Source: Tubulanus polymorphus
Lineage: Eukaryota; Animalia; Nemertea
NCBI RefSeq assembly: GCF_964204645.1
Contig: NC_134033.1
Location: 764,131-828,130, forward strand
Length of the DNA: 64,000 nucleotides
Direction: 5' to 3'
The notes under the pieces are model-generated. The model did no database searches, had not been told where the DNA came from, and saw only the letters and a program-made list of their open reading frames with translations. Positions 11,992 through 26,500 of this stretch are shown here, piece after piece; positions within the stretch are counted from its first letter, which is position 1; each line of letters begins with the position of its first letter. A program made the position numbers and the translations under genes.

Positions 11992-12356
11992 CGTCACGAA
12001 ATTGTCTCCTTCGATACCAAAAAAATTGACGTCATCTCCTGTTCTTCGAAATCCCCCTATGACATCATCGTAATATCCCCCTATGACATCATCAATAGCC
12101 TGTTTTTGATTTTGCATTCGGCGCACCCGCGTCTTGGATTGTGATATTATTGGGGGAATTACATCGGAGCGGCCATCTTTAAATCTATCATTTCGAGTTC
12201 TTCATTAAAGTATAAAAAATTTAAAATTTATGAGTCATGACGTTTGTTATTTTTAAATCGAGTCGGTTTTCGTCAAACATTTGATATTTTGGCCAGGAAA
12301 CCAAGATCTAGTCATTGAATGCTCATGACCCAGGTCGGTGTGCTGTCCAGACACCG

Positions 12357-12567
<211 letters not shown>

Positions 12568-13127
12568 GCCGCTGCTATTGCTTTGTTGAACTAATGGGTT
12601 TTTTAGCATAGACTTAAAAACTGCGATTGAATGAAGGACTAGATTTCAAGTATTCCAGAGTACTGCGACGGAGTACGCAAAGGCTCTATGCCCGGCTCGG
12701 AGACAAGATTCTTGCAAAATATGCTTATTATTCGTTATACACTTTCGGCATTGAATAATCACCTTGTATTTCACCCCATTGAGTACTACTTTCAAAAATG
12801 TGCCCCTTACATTTTCGAGGCAGAAAATCTTCAAAACTTAAATTTTTTCATGAACACAATCTCAACTCCACAAAACTATATTGTGCCATTGCGCATGACT
12901 GGTTAGTAAAATAAACAAGCTCCGTTTTGCCCGTTTTGCCGCGTTGGTCCATTTTGCCCCCACTTAACCCTGTTTTCATGAAACGCTAATATCGATGACG
13001 TAGTCCACACATATCGACTCGCACACAACTCTTGAAACAAAGAAATTCTATCAATGTGTAAAAACATCATTGTAACATTCTATAATCCGTGATAACTATA
13101 GATCAATGAAGAAATACCCCAATAGAA

Positions 13128-13289
13128 ATAAGATAAAAACCTACTATCTACAGATTAATAGAATTTAAAAGCAAGATTTTATTTATTCAATATGAAATGT
13201 ATAGATAATTATATAAATTAATAGTATAATATAAATGAATTCTTGCTTTTAAATTCTTTTAATCTGTAGATAGTGGGGTTTTATCTTAT
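13128..13289. mobile_element. AT-rich palindromic MITE-like element; half-copy at ~32510-32568
   Basis: ATAAGATAAAAACCTACTATCTACAGATTAA...TTAATCTGTAGATAGTGGGGTTTTATCTTAT inverted repeat. Confidence 0.7.
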
Positions 13290-13985
13290 TATCCGTTCAC
13301 CACGTTTGAGTGTGATTATCTTTCTATAACCGAATAGAATTTTATATGATTACATTTATTAAAATGAACGTGATTTCCTTTTAATGAATTTCATTATTTA
13401 TAATTCGATTGTATAGGAATTCTTCATTTGTCATTGCAACTTTAATTTTTACAATCGAGGTGGAGCCATGAAGAATTAACTATAGGAATGCGTGTAACTC
13501 AATAAGACGAAAACTTTGTACGAGAAAATCCTTTAAACATAATCATTATTTACATGTATGAACTGTATAAACTAGAATTCGAGTAAAATGAGCTTTAAAC
13601 GCGTGTGAAGTAATGAAATATCCAGTGACAGAAAAACCAATTCGAATCGGAACAGGATAACGAAGCATTTGTGGCTTTTCCGATGTTTCAACACAATCGG
13701 TGAAACCCTAGTCAGCTGTGAGAGGTACCCTTACGTCGACTGTCTGACTATAACAACGCACTTGCTTGAAAATCTGCCGACTCGAATTCATATTTCCAAT
13801 ATTTGGGATACGATTTCTATAAAAGTTATATGATATTCGAAATGTGATTTAAAATTGACGACATTCCAGAATATGACACTAACGACATATGTATTCGATT
13901 GCTCCGTTAGATATTTATATAACTGTAAGTTCTGCTGTTCGTGGCAATAATTCATCGCTGAACTCCGAAGATATTATCAGTTTTC

Positions 13986-15864
13986 ATGTCAGGTTTAACT
14001 CGTATTTGTGTTGTACTATTCAGCGCTGCACAGGTAAGCCGTCCGTCGATACCGGCCGCCTTATCAGATTTAGCCAAAATACCCGGTCTAAGGTTTGTTA
14101 GATTGTGAAACTAAAATCAGATAAAACCGGAAGATTGGTTATGGATCCAAAATGAGCTTAGACTGGTTTTAAGTTGTTAGATTGGTTATAGAACCAAAAT
14201 GAGTTTAGACTGGTCTTAAGTTGTTAGATTTGTTATAGAACTAAAATGAGCCGAGACTGGTCTTGAGTTGTTAGATCGGTTATAGAACCAATATGTGTTT
14301 AGACTGGTTTTAAGTTGTTAGATTGATTATAGAACCAAAATGAGCTTAGACTGGTCTCAAGTTGTTAGATTGGCTATAGAACCCAAATGAGCTTAGACTG
14401 GTCTTAAGTTGTTAGATTGATTATAGAACCAAAATGAGCTTAGACTGGTCTTAAGTTGTTAGACTGGTTATAGAAATAAAATTAGCTTAGACTGGTCGCG
14501 AGTTGTTAGATTGGTTATGAAACCGAAATGAGCTTAGACTGGTCTCGAGTCGTTTGGATGAATATCAATATCAATATATGTGATTCGTCTTGGAGCTAAT
14601 TAACCGGGTTCTACGTCCGGGTCGTAAGGCGAATTATGAAATGAGAAGTGATAACTTAAATCATAATTATGTCTTCATTAAATTCTATATTTCACAGTTG
14701 ATAGTGTTTGTGTCTGCTCTGAGCCAACCACGACCTCCGAGCCGACCACCACCTCCCGCGTGGACATCGGCTTATCAGCAGGCTTTTAACCCCCCTGCCA
14801 ATGACGTAGTCGTGGTAAGTACCGCGCATACCTAATCAAAGTAAGCATCGCTCGGTTTCAGGACTATGGGAATGCGATGTAGGTGTTTTTTCTGGTACAG
14901 TTTCGAGTGTGTCTGCTGCTGGGCAGTCGGACGCGGGAATCTCTGTAGCAGACGACGGGGATGAAGTCTGACGTCATTCTGTATCCGCCTGAACAGTAGT
15001 TTATCATTCTCATTCTCAAGTTTATGCCTAATTCTACCCATATACATCTAATGATACCTAAATTATAAATCTTAATTAGTTTCTCATTACGTTCACTTCA
15101 GTATAACGTGTTGGACTGTATCTCGAATGGAAACTTTCTCGACATTAGAGCAATCTGCCAAACAATTTCAATCAGTAAAGACGACGAAGATAAATATCTA
15201 AGTAAGTTTTACGATTTTCGCCGAGGTGATTTTGCTGTCGGTTCGGGTGAACCCCACATCCGGTTTAAACGATAGGACCAAAAAAAAAAACACCGGCAGC
15301 ACTGGTCGTCTTACACGTGACGTCACAGTGCGGCAAAACTGTATTGTTAGGCTAAAAAAAATAGATACCTTGTTTCTCCGCTCTGCTGAGCTTAAATGTT
15401 GACCCGGCCGGCCGCCTATCTACCCTATACATTACTTTTTTAAAATCGTGATCAATTTTACCATAACAGACCCGGCCGCTATAGAAATGAACTGTTTATA
15501 AATTTTATCATATTTTACAAAAATGACCCGGCCGCTGCGGAGAAACAAGGTATCATTTTTGTTTAGCCTTAATGGTCAGTTCAGGATTTGGACGTGTATG
15601 TTTGATATTTCAGCCCGCGATGAAGTGATCGCAGCTGCTTGCGATGTAAGTAAAGTATACATTATTTACATATATCATGCATTTTACTAAAAATCCATAT
15701 TTTTGCATCTTGTTACCGCTATAATTGATTCTATGTTATCTAATTACCAGGTTCAGAAGGCGTTCACCGGTGTAACGCACTGCCCTGCTGATAAACAGTG
15801 TGGTTTCAAGGCACATACAGCAAGCGCAAACAAACCGATGAAACCGATGATATCTTGCGTTTGA
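13986..15864 (+). CDS. Unrecognised small secreted six-Cys protein, paralog B (exons 13986-14033, 14698-14814, 15102-15201, 15614-15645, 15751-15864; ~136 aa)
   Basis: MSGLTRICVVLFSAAQ|LIVFVSALSQPRPPSRPPPPAWTSAYQQAFNPPANDVVV|YNVLDCISNGNFLDIRAICQTISISKDDEDKYL|TRDEVIAAACD|VQKAFTGVTHCPADKQCGFKAHTASANKPMKPMISCV*. Exons 1, 3 and 4 have the same lengths (48/100/32) as in paralog A; TATA-like sequence near 13916. Confidence 0.85.
14132..14550. repeat. ~47-bp minisatellite in intron 1 of paralog B
   Basis: Same unit as 9813-10326. Confidence 0.9.
15350..15568. mobile_element. PIF/Harbinger-type MITE with TTA TSD; related copy at ~60930-61120
   Basis: TTA|GGCTAAAAAAAATAGATACCTTGTTTCTCCGC...GCGGAGAAACAAGGTATCATTTTTGTTTAGCC|TTA. 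Confidence 0.75.
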
Positions 15865-16908
15865 ATAACGACGTCTTTTGCCACAGAATTTCCGCTTTCG
15901 ACGCCATTGTTTTTCGAAGGAGGCTTCAAATCCCCTATGACATCATTGAAATTGGCTGTTTTGTAGATACATGTGCGGTTACCCCGGCTGAAAGCTTACT
16001 CCAACCACCCTAGTTTATACGTCCATGCTCCAACACGCCTTAGGCTTCATTGTGATGTCATGGGGGATCTTATGGCAGCAGCCATCTTTTAATCTATCAT
16101 CTTGAGTTCTTCGTTAAAGTATAAGAAATTCAAAATCTACGAGACATACTTGAGAATGGTGCAGATAGCGAGAAAGAGAGAGAGAGAGCGAGGGGGAGCG
16201 AAAGGGAGCAAGTGGGAGCGAGGGGAGTGAGAGGGAGAGAGGGGAAGCGAGGGTTAGTGAAATATAATGTCAAATTATACCTATGTATTTCAATAAATTT
16301 TTCAGAACTATCAGTTTAAAATCAATTCGATTCTCGTCGAATATTTTATTTTTATCAGCCGAAGACTTAAGGACACCTGGGCCGGTGGTTTAATAGACTG
16401 GTATTGTCTTTAACCCGGGGTTAACTCCCAATTTAAAATGAATTCCGATGCAGGCTCCCCAGTCTGTAAAACCCAGCTCAAGAGCTTGTCACTGAAATGT
16501 TTGTGAAGTCAACATGCTGTTGGTAAATGAAGAAATCCCACACTTCGAATTAAATTATAGGATAAAATTTATTATTTTGAAACCACAATGCTGTTGGTAT
16601 TAGACTTTGGTTTGTCTTTTAAATGTCAGTTAAACAATCAATCATCGGATTAGATCCCTATATCAATCGCCCAACATCCCTATATTGTTGGTAAGCTTTT
16701 AAAATCGGATGGGCTTATACCAACGTTGTTCGTGAAAATATCCGATCGTGAAACCACAGCGGACTAGCCTAAAAGGATCTACCTGGATTTGAATTTGGCG
16801 CGCGCCTGCTGCTGTTGCTGGGATTGGGGATGTAAATTTTATCGTCTGAGACGGTTAGCGACTTATAAAACGGTTTGAAAAAATAGAAATATGAAGGTTT
16901 TTTTCGCT

Positions 16909-17207
16909 AAAAGGAATGGGTCCACTTATATTGGACGGGCTGTCAGCCGGCGACTATTCACAGGCGCGAACCCACTACTGCTCGACGCGGGATCTTTTGC
17001 CTGCTGTGTTTCCACCCTGGGCCGATTCGATCCTCCTTAGACAACCTGGTCAGCCTAGGCTCCCCCGAGCCGACCATATTGACGCCGAGCTTAGCGCGGA
17101 CGCCCGATCGACATAGACCGACGACTGACAGTAATCCCGGCCTCAAACTGTCCACCAGACCAAGCCTCCAAGTAGCTGGATTACAGGAGCGCGCCACAAC
17201 TCCCAGC
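16909..17207 (-). ncRNA. RN7SL: Signal recognition particle RNA (7SL)
   Basis: The reverse complement begins GCTGGGAGTTGTGGCGCGCTCCTGTAATCCAGCTACT (Alu domain), contains CCAGGTTGTCTAAGGAGG and GCCCAGGGTGGAAACACAGCAGG (helix 8), and ends in TTTT; ~299 nt. TATAAA lies ~30 nt upstream. Confidence 0.95.
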
Positions 17208-17527
17208 TGATTGTCACCCGTCATTCATATGCTTTATACATCACACACCAGGTGTCGCTTTATGACGGTCGTGGAGTTGAGCGCGGCTGCGGTATGCGAG
17301 GTTCATAAAAATGTCTTATATGTTTTATAATATGTGATTAATTCATTCTTTGTGTAGTTAAACTTTGTTGATGTATTGCTGAAATGTTCTATTGTAAAAT
17401 TCCAGTAAAGAATTTGAATTGAATTGGTTCCGGTTGCGAAGTCACTCTGATGTGGAGATATATTTACCCCTTTTTCATAAATAAATAAATTTCTGGCCCG
17501 ATTAAAAGTGATTAAAGCGGGTGTGAA

Positions 17528-20500
17528 ATGTGGTCGGACAGCGATACAGAGGAATTCTACGATGCAGAAGACAATGACAGCCAGGATAGACCCAGGTTCG
17601 TTTTTATTTGCTGATTATTTAATGAGAATTTTACCCGTAACGACAACAACGATGTCACCTCTCGGGTTATCTCTCTCACTTGACTGGGTCGGTTCCCGTT
17701 TTTTAGTTATTTTACCTAATCTTTGGTAGTAAGCTTTTCTAATCGGATGGTCATTTTTCCAACTGTGGTTTGTGAATATATCTGTCCATGAAACTAAACC
17801 AAGGTTACAGACTTGTCATCGCCTTTTGGCGGCTTCTGTCTGTCTACTGTCTCAGTCTGTCTGAAGTGGATTTTTATATTTGCTTATCTTTAGGAGCTCG
17901 TCGAAGAGATCTGTAAAGAAGGTGTCGTCAGTTGAAGAGAATATCGAGTTAGTAAAAAAAATGAAACATTACTCAGTGTTCACTACTTAAAACCTGAAAG
18001 ACTTCAGTAATCAATGAGTTATCATTAGTCTTATTAAGGGGATGTCCATAAAAGATGAAAAGGCAAAGGAAACTTTTGTTCTTGAAAATTTTATGTAACG
18101 TTTGTGATGTTTATTTTTAGGGACGGGGAAGAAGATGAACTCCAAAAACGTTTGGCCGAATTAGAAAGAAAAACAAATCTAGTAAGTTGGAATTAATCGG
18201 TTTCGATGTTGAATTTGTTCTTCCGGTTCAACTGTGTTGTTTCATTGTTAGATAAACCAGAGCGACGAGTTTCTAAACGAACCCACCACTGAACCGGACA
18301 CGACGGAAGAACCCTGTGAACCGGTCACCGATAGTTCGTCATCGACGGACGTCAAACAAACCGATAGCGGCACTACAATCTCCGTGGCAACTGATTTCAG
18401 CGACGATTTCGACGACGTTCGAAAAAAATTGGAGAACGTCGAAAATTCGGAAACATCTGAGGAGCAGGAGCAGCTGCCACTGGAGCAGCAGCAGCAGCAG
18501 CAGCAGCATGATAGTAATGTAAGAATTCCCTCCCCGTGATCTAGCTACTCCCTCTCTCCTCCCTCTCTCCTCCCTCTCTCCTCCCTCTCTCCTCCCTCTC
18601 CCCTCCCTCTCTCCTCCCTCTCTCCTCCCTCTCCTTTCCTACATCCCTCGCTTGCCTTCTTCTCTACCCCTCCTTCTCCTCTCTCTTCCCCTCTCCATTC
18701 TCACTTGCCCTGCCCTCCTCTCATCCCCTCTCCTCTGTAACTCCCCTCTCTGTCTCACTCTCCTCGCCTCCTATCTCCATCAATTTACTGATACTGAAAA
18801 ATATGTTACTTGTAATTTCAGAGTGCACCTGCTGCAGCTGGTGCGCCGGCGTTGAGCTGCGTTATACCAGACATACAACAATCGACGCCTTCACCCGAAC
18901 CGGACATCGTACAGAGCACAAAACAGGGTAAATCAATACCTCCGAGACCTCCGCCTCCGAGACCTCCGTTACCTAAACCGGGCGTCGTCGCTCCGACTAA
19001 CACACCGGCACCGGTAGCGCCACCTCGACGCAAACGACATAAACAACCGGGCGTACAAATCAACATTCACAACTTAAAACAGGTAAATTATGGTTAAAAC
19101 AGGTCAATTTTATCGTTAAAACAGTTTAATTTTGGTAAAAATAGGTCAATTTTATCGTTAGAACAAGTCAATTATCGTTAAAACAGGTCAATTTTATCGT
19201 TAAAACAGGTCAATTATTGTTAAAACAGGTCAATTTTATCGTTAAAACAGGTCAATTATCGTTATTACAGGGAAACTCATTATTTATACAATGATGATGT
19301 GATTATTTAATGATTGTTGTTAAAGGCCGATGTATCGACGACGACGGGAACCGACAGTGAACCATCGACTCCACCTATTGTCGGTTTACCGAATAACGAC
19401 GATGAATCATGCGGACGAGCGGTTTACGAGTTGGATCATGTGTCGATGGATGTTAAACTGGCGGCTAGCGGAAGTCGTATGGTCGAATCTAAGGTATCAT
19501 TATCAGCCTTACTATAATTAAATACAAGTTATTGTTCCCTACAACTCCAGGGTTCGAACCCTGAACAACTCCATTCCTTAAAAACTCGAACTTCGAAAAT
19601 GAAAAATCAGGGTCTGATCTAAGCACTTGTCCGATTGCCCGGGACAAGTATATTCTCATCAAGGCAAGTAGGTTAACATTGTCCGCCGGGCTAGTGCAAT
19701 TTTATGTCACAAAGCTTTTTTCCCACTCGATACAACGGATGACAGTGCCACCAATCGGACTGGCTGTGTAGGGCAAGTAGCTTTTGGAGGGGGCAAGTGA
19801 AATTTCAGATATGCTTGCCCCCCGGGCAAGTGGCTTTAATTCCTTAGATCAGACCCTGAAAATGCTTTTAAAGTTGCTTAAAACTCATTTAATTGAGCGA
19901 AATGTCAGAAACTCCTAGTAAATCGGTGCATTTGGGGCCTGGATTATTTTTTTTACCCAATTTGATGGTTGCCGAATTAGAAACCGAGGTAAGGTTGTGT
20001 ATAGGATAAGTATTTGAGCCTTACAAAACCACTGAACAGTTCACCGAGATAAACAGTACCGATTTAGGAAGAGTCTACTATGGTAATATTCATTTTTAGG
20101 ATGATTTAGCGGCGCGGGCCGAACGCAGCGACGCCGAGCGTCTGTTGCTGTTGGATACCGATTCGGTGAATCGGGATACAAGCGATTCGCAATCGATGGA
20201 CAGCGAAGACGTGAGGAACATGAGACCGAGATCGAACTCCGGACGTATCCTTACCGATAAGGTATCTAAACCTTCCACCAGGGGGCATCTCAATCTAGGG
20301 GGCGTTAGTTGTTGTAATCTTAATCGCATTCTCGACGAGAATCTGAAATACCGCTATGATGTCATAGGGGGATTTATCGAGGTAGCAATTCAATCAGTTC
20401 AATGATGTCATAGGGGTATTGAAAGAGGTAGACATCTTTTCTAGAATCTCTCTCTAAACTGTCAAGTATTTGTCAGCCTGTAACTGATTTTGGACCATGC

Positions 20501-23500
20501 AAGGGGAAAACCTAATTTATTCAGTAGATATGAAGGATAACCCCATAATAGAATGTATTTCCCAAAAGCTTTCAAATGATTCCCAAGTTGGTCGACTTTG
20601 GGGGGGACACCTTCAGGGTCTGGTTTTCTCAGTGAAAGACTCTGCTTGGTCATCTAGATTGTGCCAAAAGCTCTTTCCAAAAGCTTTCGAATGATACTCA
20701 AGTTGGTCGACTTTGGGGGGGACACCTTCAGAGTCAGGTCTTCTCAGTGAGAGACTCTGCTTGGTCATCTAGATTGTCCCAAAAGCTCTTTCCAAAAGCT
20801 TTCGAATGATACCCAAGTTGGTCGACTTTGGGGGGGGACACCTTCAGAGTCTGGCCTCCAGTGGTCAGAGACTCTGCTTGGTAATCTGGATTGTCGGGCC
20901 ATCATCATCACTATCATCATCTCTTATTATCATGAGAATCTTTTATCATCCGGAAAATCGGCCAAACTCATTAGAAAGCGTCTTCTGTGGATCGAAGATG
21001 ATGTTCTCAACTTCAGGAAATATTGGACATGGTGAGCGTGACGAATTTGGACACGGGTGAAACTATTTTACTGAGTGAAGCTGAGGTGAAACTGCCTCAA
21101 GGAATCAACCCACTCACTTTACACATTATGAGACGTACTAAAGAATATTCCAGGTGAGAGAGTTTGTTGCATCTTACAACAGGACGGCGCCATTGACCTG
21201 GAAAACTGACTGGGAATTTTATAAATTTTACCAAAAATGTGGAAAACTCACGGACCGGTTTTATAGACTGGTATTGCCTTTAACCCGGGGGCTAACTTAA
21301 TTCATTTTCAATTGATTTAACCCCCGGGTTAAAGGTAACACCAGACTATAAAACCGGGCCCTGGGAATTTGACAAATTTTACCGAATCTGTGGAAAACTC
21401 AGGGAATTGTAACATTTTAAACCTAGAAATTTCTCTGATTCTTTCAAGGAATCTCTCCAGTCACCTGCAGCAGATTCACTAAAGGAATCTCTCCATTCAC
21501 CTGCAGCAGATTCACTAAAGGAATCTCTTCATTCACCTGCAGCAGATTCACTCGAGGAATCTCTCCATTCACCTGCAGCAGATTCACTCGAGGAATCTCT
21601 CCATTCACCTGCAGCAGATTCACTCAGAGAATCTGCATTCACCTGTAGCAGATTCACTCGAGGAATCTCTCCATTCACCTGCGGCAGATTCACTCGAGGA
21701 ATCTCTCCATTCACCTGCAGCAGATTCACTCCGGGAATTTCTGCATTCACCTGCAGCAGATTCACTCCGGGAATTTCTGCATTCATCTGCAGCAGATTCA
21801 CTCAGTATATTTTATTTCAAAACTCACTGAGGGAATTTGTAAAGGGGATAAAAAGCGTACCGACGGATATTGACTTGTGTTTATTGTATTGTATTGTTGT
21901 TGTTGTTATTAGCGACGGTAGTTTACAGCGCGACGCAGACGGACTGACGCAAGCAGACGGAGGCAAATCGGAAGAGCAGAAGACGGCGGCAGCTCACACG
22001 AGAACGATCAGAGGTTTCAAGAAAATACTCGGAAAAACTGTGGAAAAAATCAAAACCGCGGCCGATGAAAGTAAGACAACACCCCCTCCCCGGCACCCCC
22101 CTCCCCCCTCCTACCAGTAGGGAATTAATGATTCTTTATTTATTCTTTTAAGTGCTAAGACAAGATGAAAGTTCATCAGATGATGAAGTTGATCCTAAGA
22201 GACCGAAGGTAAATACAGATCGGATTTTACTCTAAAAATTTAAAATCTCAATTTGCTCTCTCCCCCTATTTCCTCTCTCCTCTCATTACCTCTCACCTCT
22301 CCCCCTCTCTTCTCTCCCTCTCACCTCTCTCTTCATCTCACTCGCTCTCCTCTCCCTCTCCTCTCTTCATCTCTCTCCCCTCTCTCCTCTTTCCATCTCA
22401 CCTCTCATTTCCTTCCCCTCTCTGTCTCTCTCATCTCCCTCTCTCTCCATCTCTCTCCCCTCCCCTCTCCCTCTCTTCATCTCACTCTCTCCCCTCTCAC
22501 CTATCTCTCTCTTCATCTCTCTCATCTCCCTCTCACCTTTCTCTTCATCTCTCTCCCCTCCCCCTCTCTTCATCTATCTCCCCTCTCACCTCTCATTTCC
22601 TTCCTCTCTTCTCTCTTTCTCACCCTCTCTCTTTCAATCAAAACGTTACTGAACTAATGATTCGTTTTTCTGTAGATAAAAGCGTCCAGATCTCATAAAG
22701 GGCCGCATGAGTTTGAAAACTTGAAACCGATTCAAGAGTTAAAGGGACAAAATATGGTCAGTTGAAATAACTAAATACGTCGATTTAAACATCAAACTTT
22801 CAATTCACAATTTCCAGTTCCCTAAAATAGTATTTATTCGATGATTTTTCAGGGTGCTGCTTGGGTGATGAAATTTTCACCGTGTGGACAACTTTTAGTA
22901 AGTAAATGATAATTCTGTTGCATTACTGATTTATAATTCAATTGACTGATTGTAAGTGGTCATGACTCGAGTGAGGAGGTCAACAGGTGTTTTTTCTATC
23001 TCACTAGGCTGTCGGCGGCCAGGATAACATTTTAAGAATTTGGGTTCTTAAAGAAGCGTTTAATACGTTCGAAAATATACGACTGCAGTACAGTGAGGGT
23101 AAGTAAGATATCGTCTCTCTCCCTCTCCCTCTCTGTCCTCTCCCCTCTCTCCCTCTCTCCCCTCTCTCCCTCTGTCCTCTCCCCCTTACTCCTCTGTCCA
23201 TCTTTACCCCTCTCCCTCTGTCCATCTCTCCCCTCTCTCTCCCTCTCCATCTTTCCCCTCTCTCCCCTTTCTCTCCCTCTGTTCATATTTCTCTCTCCCC
23301 CTCTCTCCCTCAGTCCATCTTTCCCCTCTCTCCCCTTTCTCTCCCTCTCCCTCTATCCATCTCTCTCCCTCTCCCCTCTCTTCCTCTGTCCATCTTCCCC
23401 CCTCTCTCCCCTTTCTCTCCCTCTCTCCCCTCACTCCCTCTGTCCATCTTTCCCCCTCTCTCTTCCCTTCCTCTCTCCTGAAAATAGTTTCTTCAGAATT

Positions 23501-26500
23501 TTAATCAACTCTTGAAATTTATATTACGTAGAATTTTAGCTAAGAGCACTTTTTAAGTTAACTGCTCCTGCACTTGGAATGTTCTGTCTCGATCTAGTCC
23601 TACAGTCGAAAATTTTCAAATCAAATTTGAAAAATCTTTTTAAAGAAATCTATTTGTCTTAATGTTTAGTAATCTTATTGTTGAGTATGTCACCAATGAT
23701 TGCATCTAAACTTTTAAGAATCAAAATTTTCTAATCTCAAGTAAAGCGCGGAGAGTACTCTGTGTCGATATTGCATTATCAATGAAAATTGTTTCTACCT
23801 TTTTGTAGCGACCAAAATCTCTCCATCTCCGTCGAGCGAGAGTTTGACGTCGTTGGAGTCGTCTCAAACTGCAGCGTCTGCTGCGAATACTCAGCAGACA
23901 GTCGGAGGAACCGGAGCGGTCGGAGGAATGTTCGATGAAGAAGAGGAATTCGTTTATAAGAATGCACCGTTTGTCAATAAACCGTTCTGTATGTACCGAG
24001 GTCACACTGCTGACCTGTTAGACGTATCCTGGTCTAAAGTAAGTACAACCTTAATAAATTGAGTACTCAGTTCCTCAATTGAGTTCCACAATTTAATACT
24101 TAGTTCCACAATTCAGGAGTCAGTTCCACAATTGACTCAGCTCCACAATTCAGGAGCGAGTTCTACAGTTGAGTACTCAGTTCCACAATTCAGGAGCCGT
24201 TCAGCGGGCAGTTCCACAATTTAGGAGTCAGTTCCACAGCCGTGAGCCGAAATTTGACTCCCTTGAGAGCTTCATCATTGGAAATAAGTTAATTCTAGAT
24301 CGTGGGACTCGGTCCTGTTGAACCAGGTTCAAGAACTGGAACAGGATTCAGGTGGAACAGCATCCAGAACTATGGAACCGGATCCTGAACTGCCCAGATA
24401 TCCTGACTTCATTCCGCAATCTCTCGATTCCGGGAAAATGGTCTCGGGTTTAAAACGATTGAAATATTTCTATTTTTCAGAATTATTTCATCCTGTCGTC
24501 GTCGATGGATAAAACCGTTCGATTGTGGCACATTTCGCGTAAAGAATGTTTATGCAGTTTTCAACATATTGATTTCGTGACGGCGATAGCATTCCATCCG
24601 AGGGTAATAACATATCACTTTAGTAATAATAATGATTTATTTACTTATAATATAACATTGTAAACATAATTTCTTAAAATGTAATTTCATCGATGAATAG
24701 GTACACGATTAAGAAGGAGGGGTTGCGCCTGATAGATAGATTGCCCTAAAATATCATTCATTGTTTTTATTTCTGAATGGTAGATTCAAACTGTGCTACT
24801 GAACCAGGGGCCAGTTGCACAGTTGTGATTTAAGTCTAAAATTGGTCTTAAATCTTAAGTTGTTAGATTGATTAGCTATAGAACTAAGTTGGTTTTAGAC
24901 TGGTCTTAAGTCTAAGTCATGACTATGCAACCGAACCGTGAGTTTAACTGTTTAGAAGATTCCAACACTGTGTCTGATATTTTGTTGTTGTTTTTTTAGG
25001 ATGAGAGATATTTTCTGAGCGGATCGCTCGACGGTAAACTGAGATTGTGGAACATTCCGGATAAGAAAGTGGAACTGTGGAATGAGATTAGTGGAACCGT
25101 TAAACTGATAACGGCGGCTAATTTCTGTATGAACGGGAAATACGCGGTGGTCGGAACTTACGACGGTCGATGTTTGTTTTATCAAACTGAGGTACGCTCT
25201 CTACATGTTACATGTGCATGTTAAATTTACATGTGACAGGTACATGTCACTAGTGATTGATTTCATTTACCAACAATTTACATGTAAACTTTTCCTTTTC
25301 CTATGTTCAATGATCTGACATGAAACATGTTCATGTCACATGTGTCCTGACATGTTAAATGAAGAGCAGGAACATGTTCTGAGCGTGTGTAATACGGACA
25401 TGTTACATGAACATGTTCTGACATGTAATGCGGACATGTTCTGACATGTAATGCGGACATGTTCTGACATGTTATACGGACATGTTTTGTTGTAGAGATT
25501 GAAATTCCACACAGCGATCGACGTACGATCGACTCGAGGTAAAAATTCCCGAGGACGAAAAATAACCGGCATAGAACCTCACCTCACCGAGGACAAGGTA
25601 ACCGACCTGCCGTTTTAACTAACAACATACGCTTATTATTTGAATATTTGTCAGTTATCGCCATGGTTACTCTGATTACTATAGATGTTGGTGACGTCGA
25701 ACGATTCACGTTTACGCCTGTACGACCTTCGAGATTTGACCTTGACCTGTAAATATAAGGGGTGTACGAATAACAGCAGTCAAATAAAAGCTTCATTCAG
25801 GTGAGAGTTCGGGGGATGAGGGGGCGTTTTAGGGGTGAGAGGAAGGGGGGAACTACCTCAACAGCTCCCTCTATATTCACTGAACACCCCCAAACAGCTC
25901 CCTCTATATTCACTGAACAACCCTAAACAGCTCCCTCTATATTCACTGAACACCCCCTAACCCTGTGTGGTGTTTTCTATTTTCAGTTCCGATTGTAAAT
26001 ATATAATCTGCGGCTCCGAAAACAGTTTCGTTTATATCTGGAAAACGTACCACGATTTCCATAAATTCTCATCGGCTCGTCGAGATCGTAACGACTATTG
26101 GGAGGGAATTAGAGGTATCGTTTACTGAATCATTCGTTCATTGCTGTATTTTAATAATCAGATAACTCTCTGAAAGAACGTCACTAGGCAGCCATGTTTC
26201 TGTGCAGCCATGTTTCTGTGAAGCTATGTTTCTGTGAAGTCATGTTTCTGTGCAGCCATGTTTCTGTGCAGCCATGTTTCAGTGAAGCCATGTTTCAGTG
26301 AAGCCATGTTTCTGTGAAGCCATGTTTCTGTGAAGCCATGTTTCTGTGAAGCCATGTTTCTGTGAAGCCATGTTTCTGTGCAGCCATGTTTCTGTGAAGT
26401 GTATCATGTTTTATTACTCTATTTCAGCTCACAGTGTCGTCGTTACGTCTGCTGTTTTTGCGCCGAATCCGAATCTGATCATTAAACGTAAAACCGCAAC

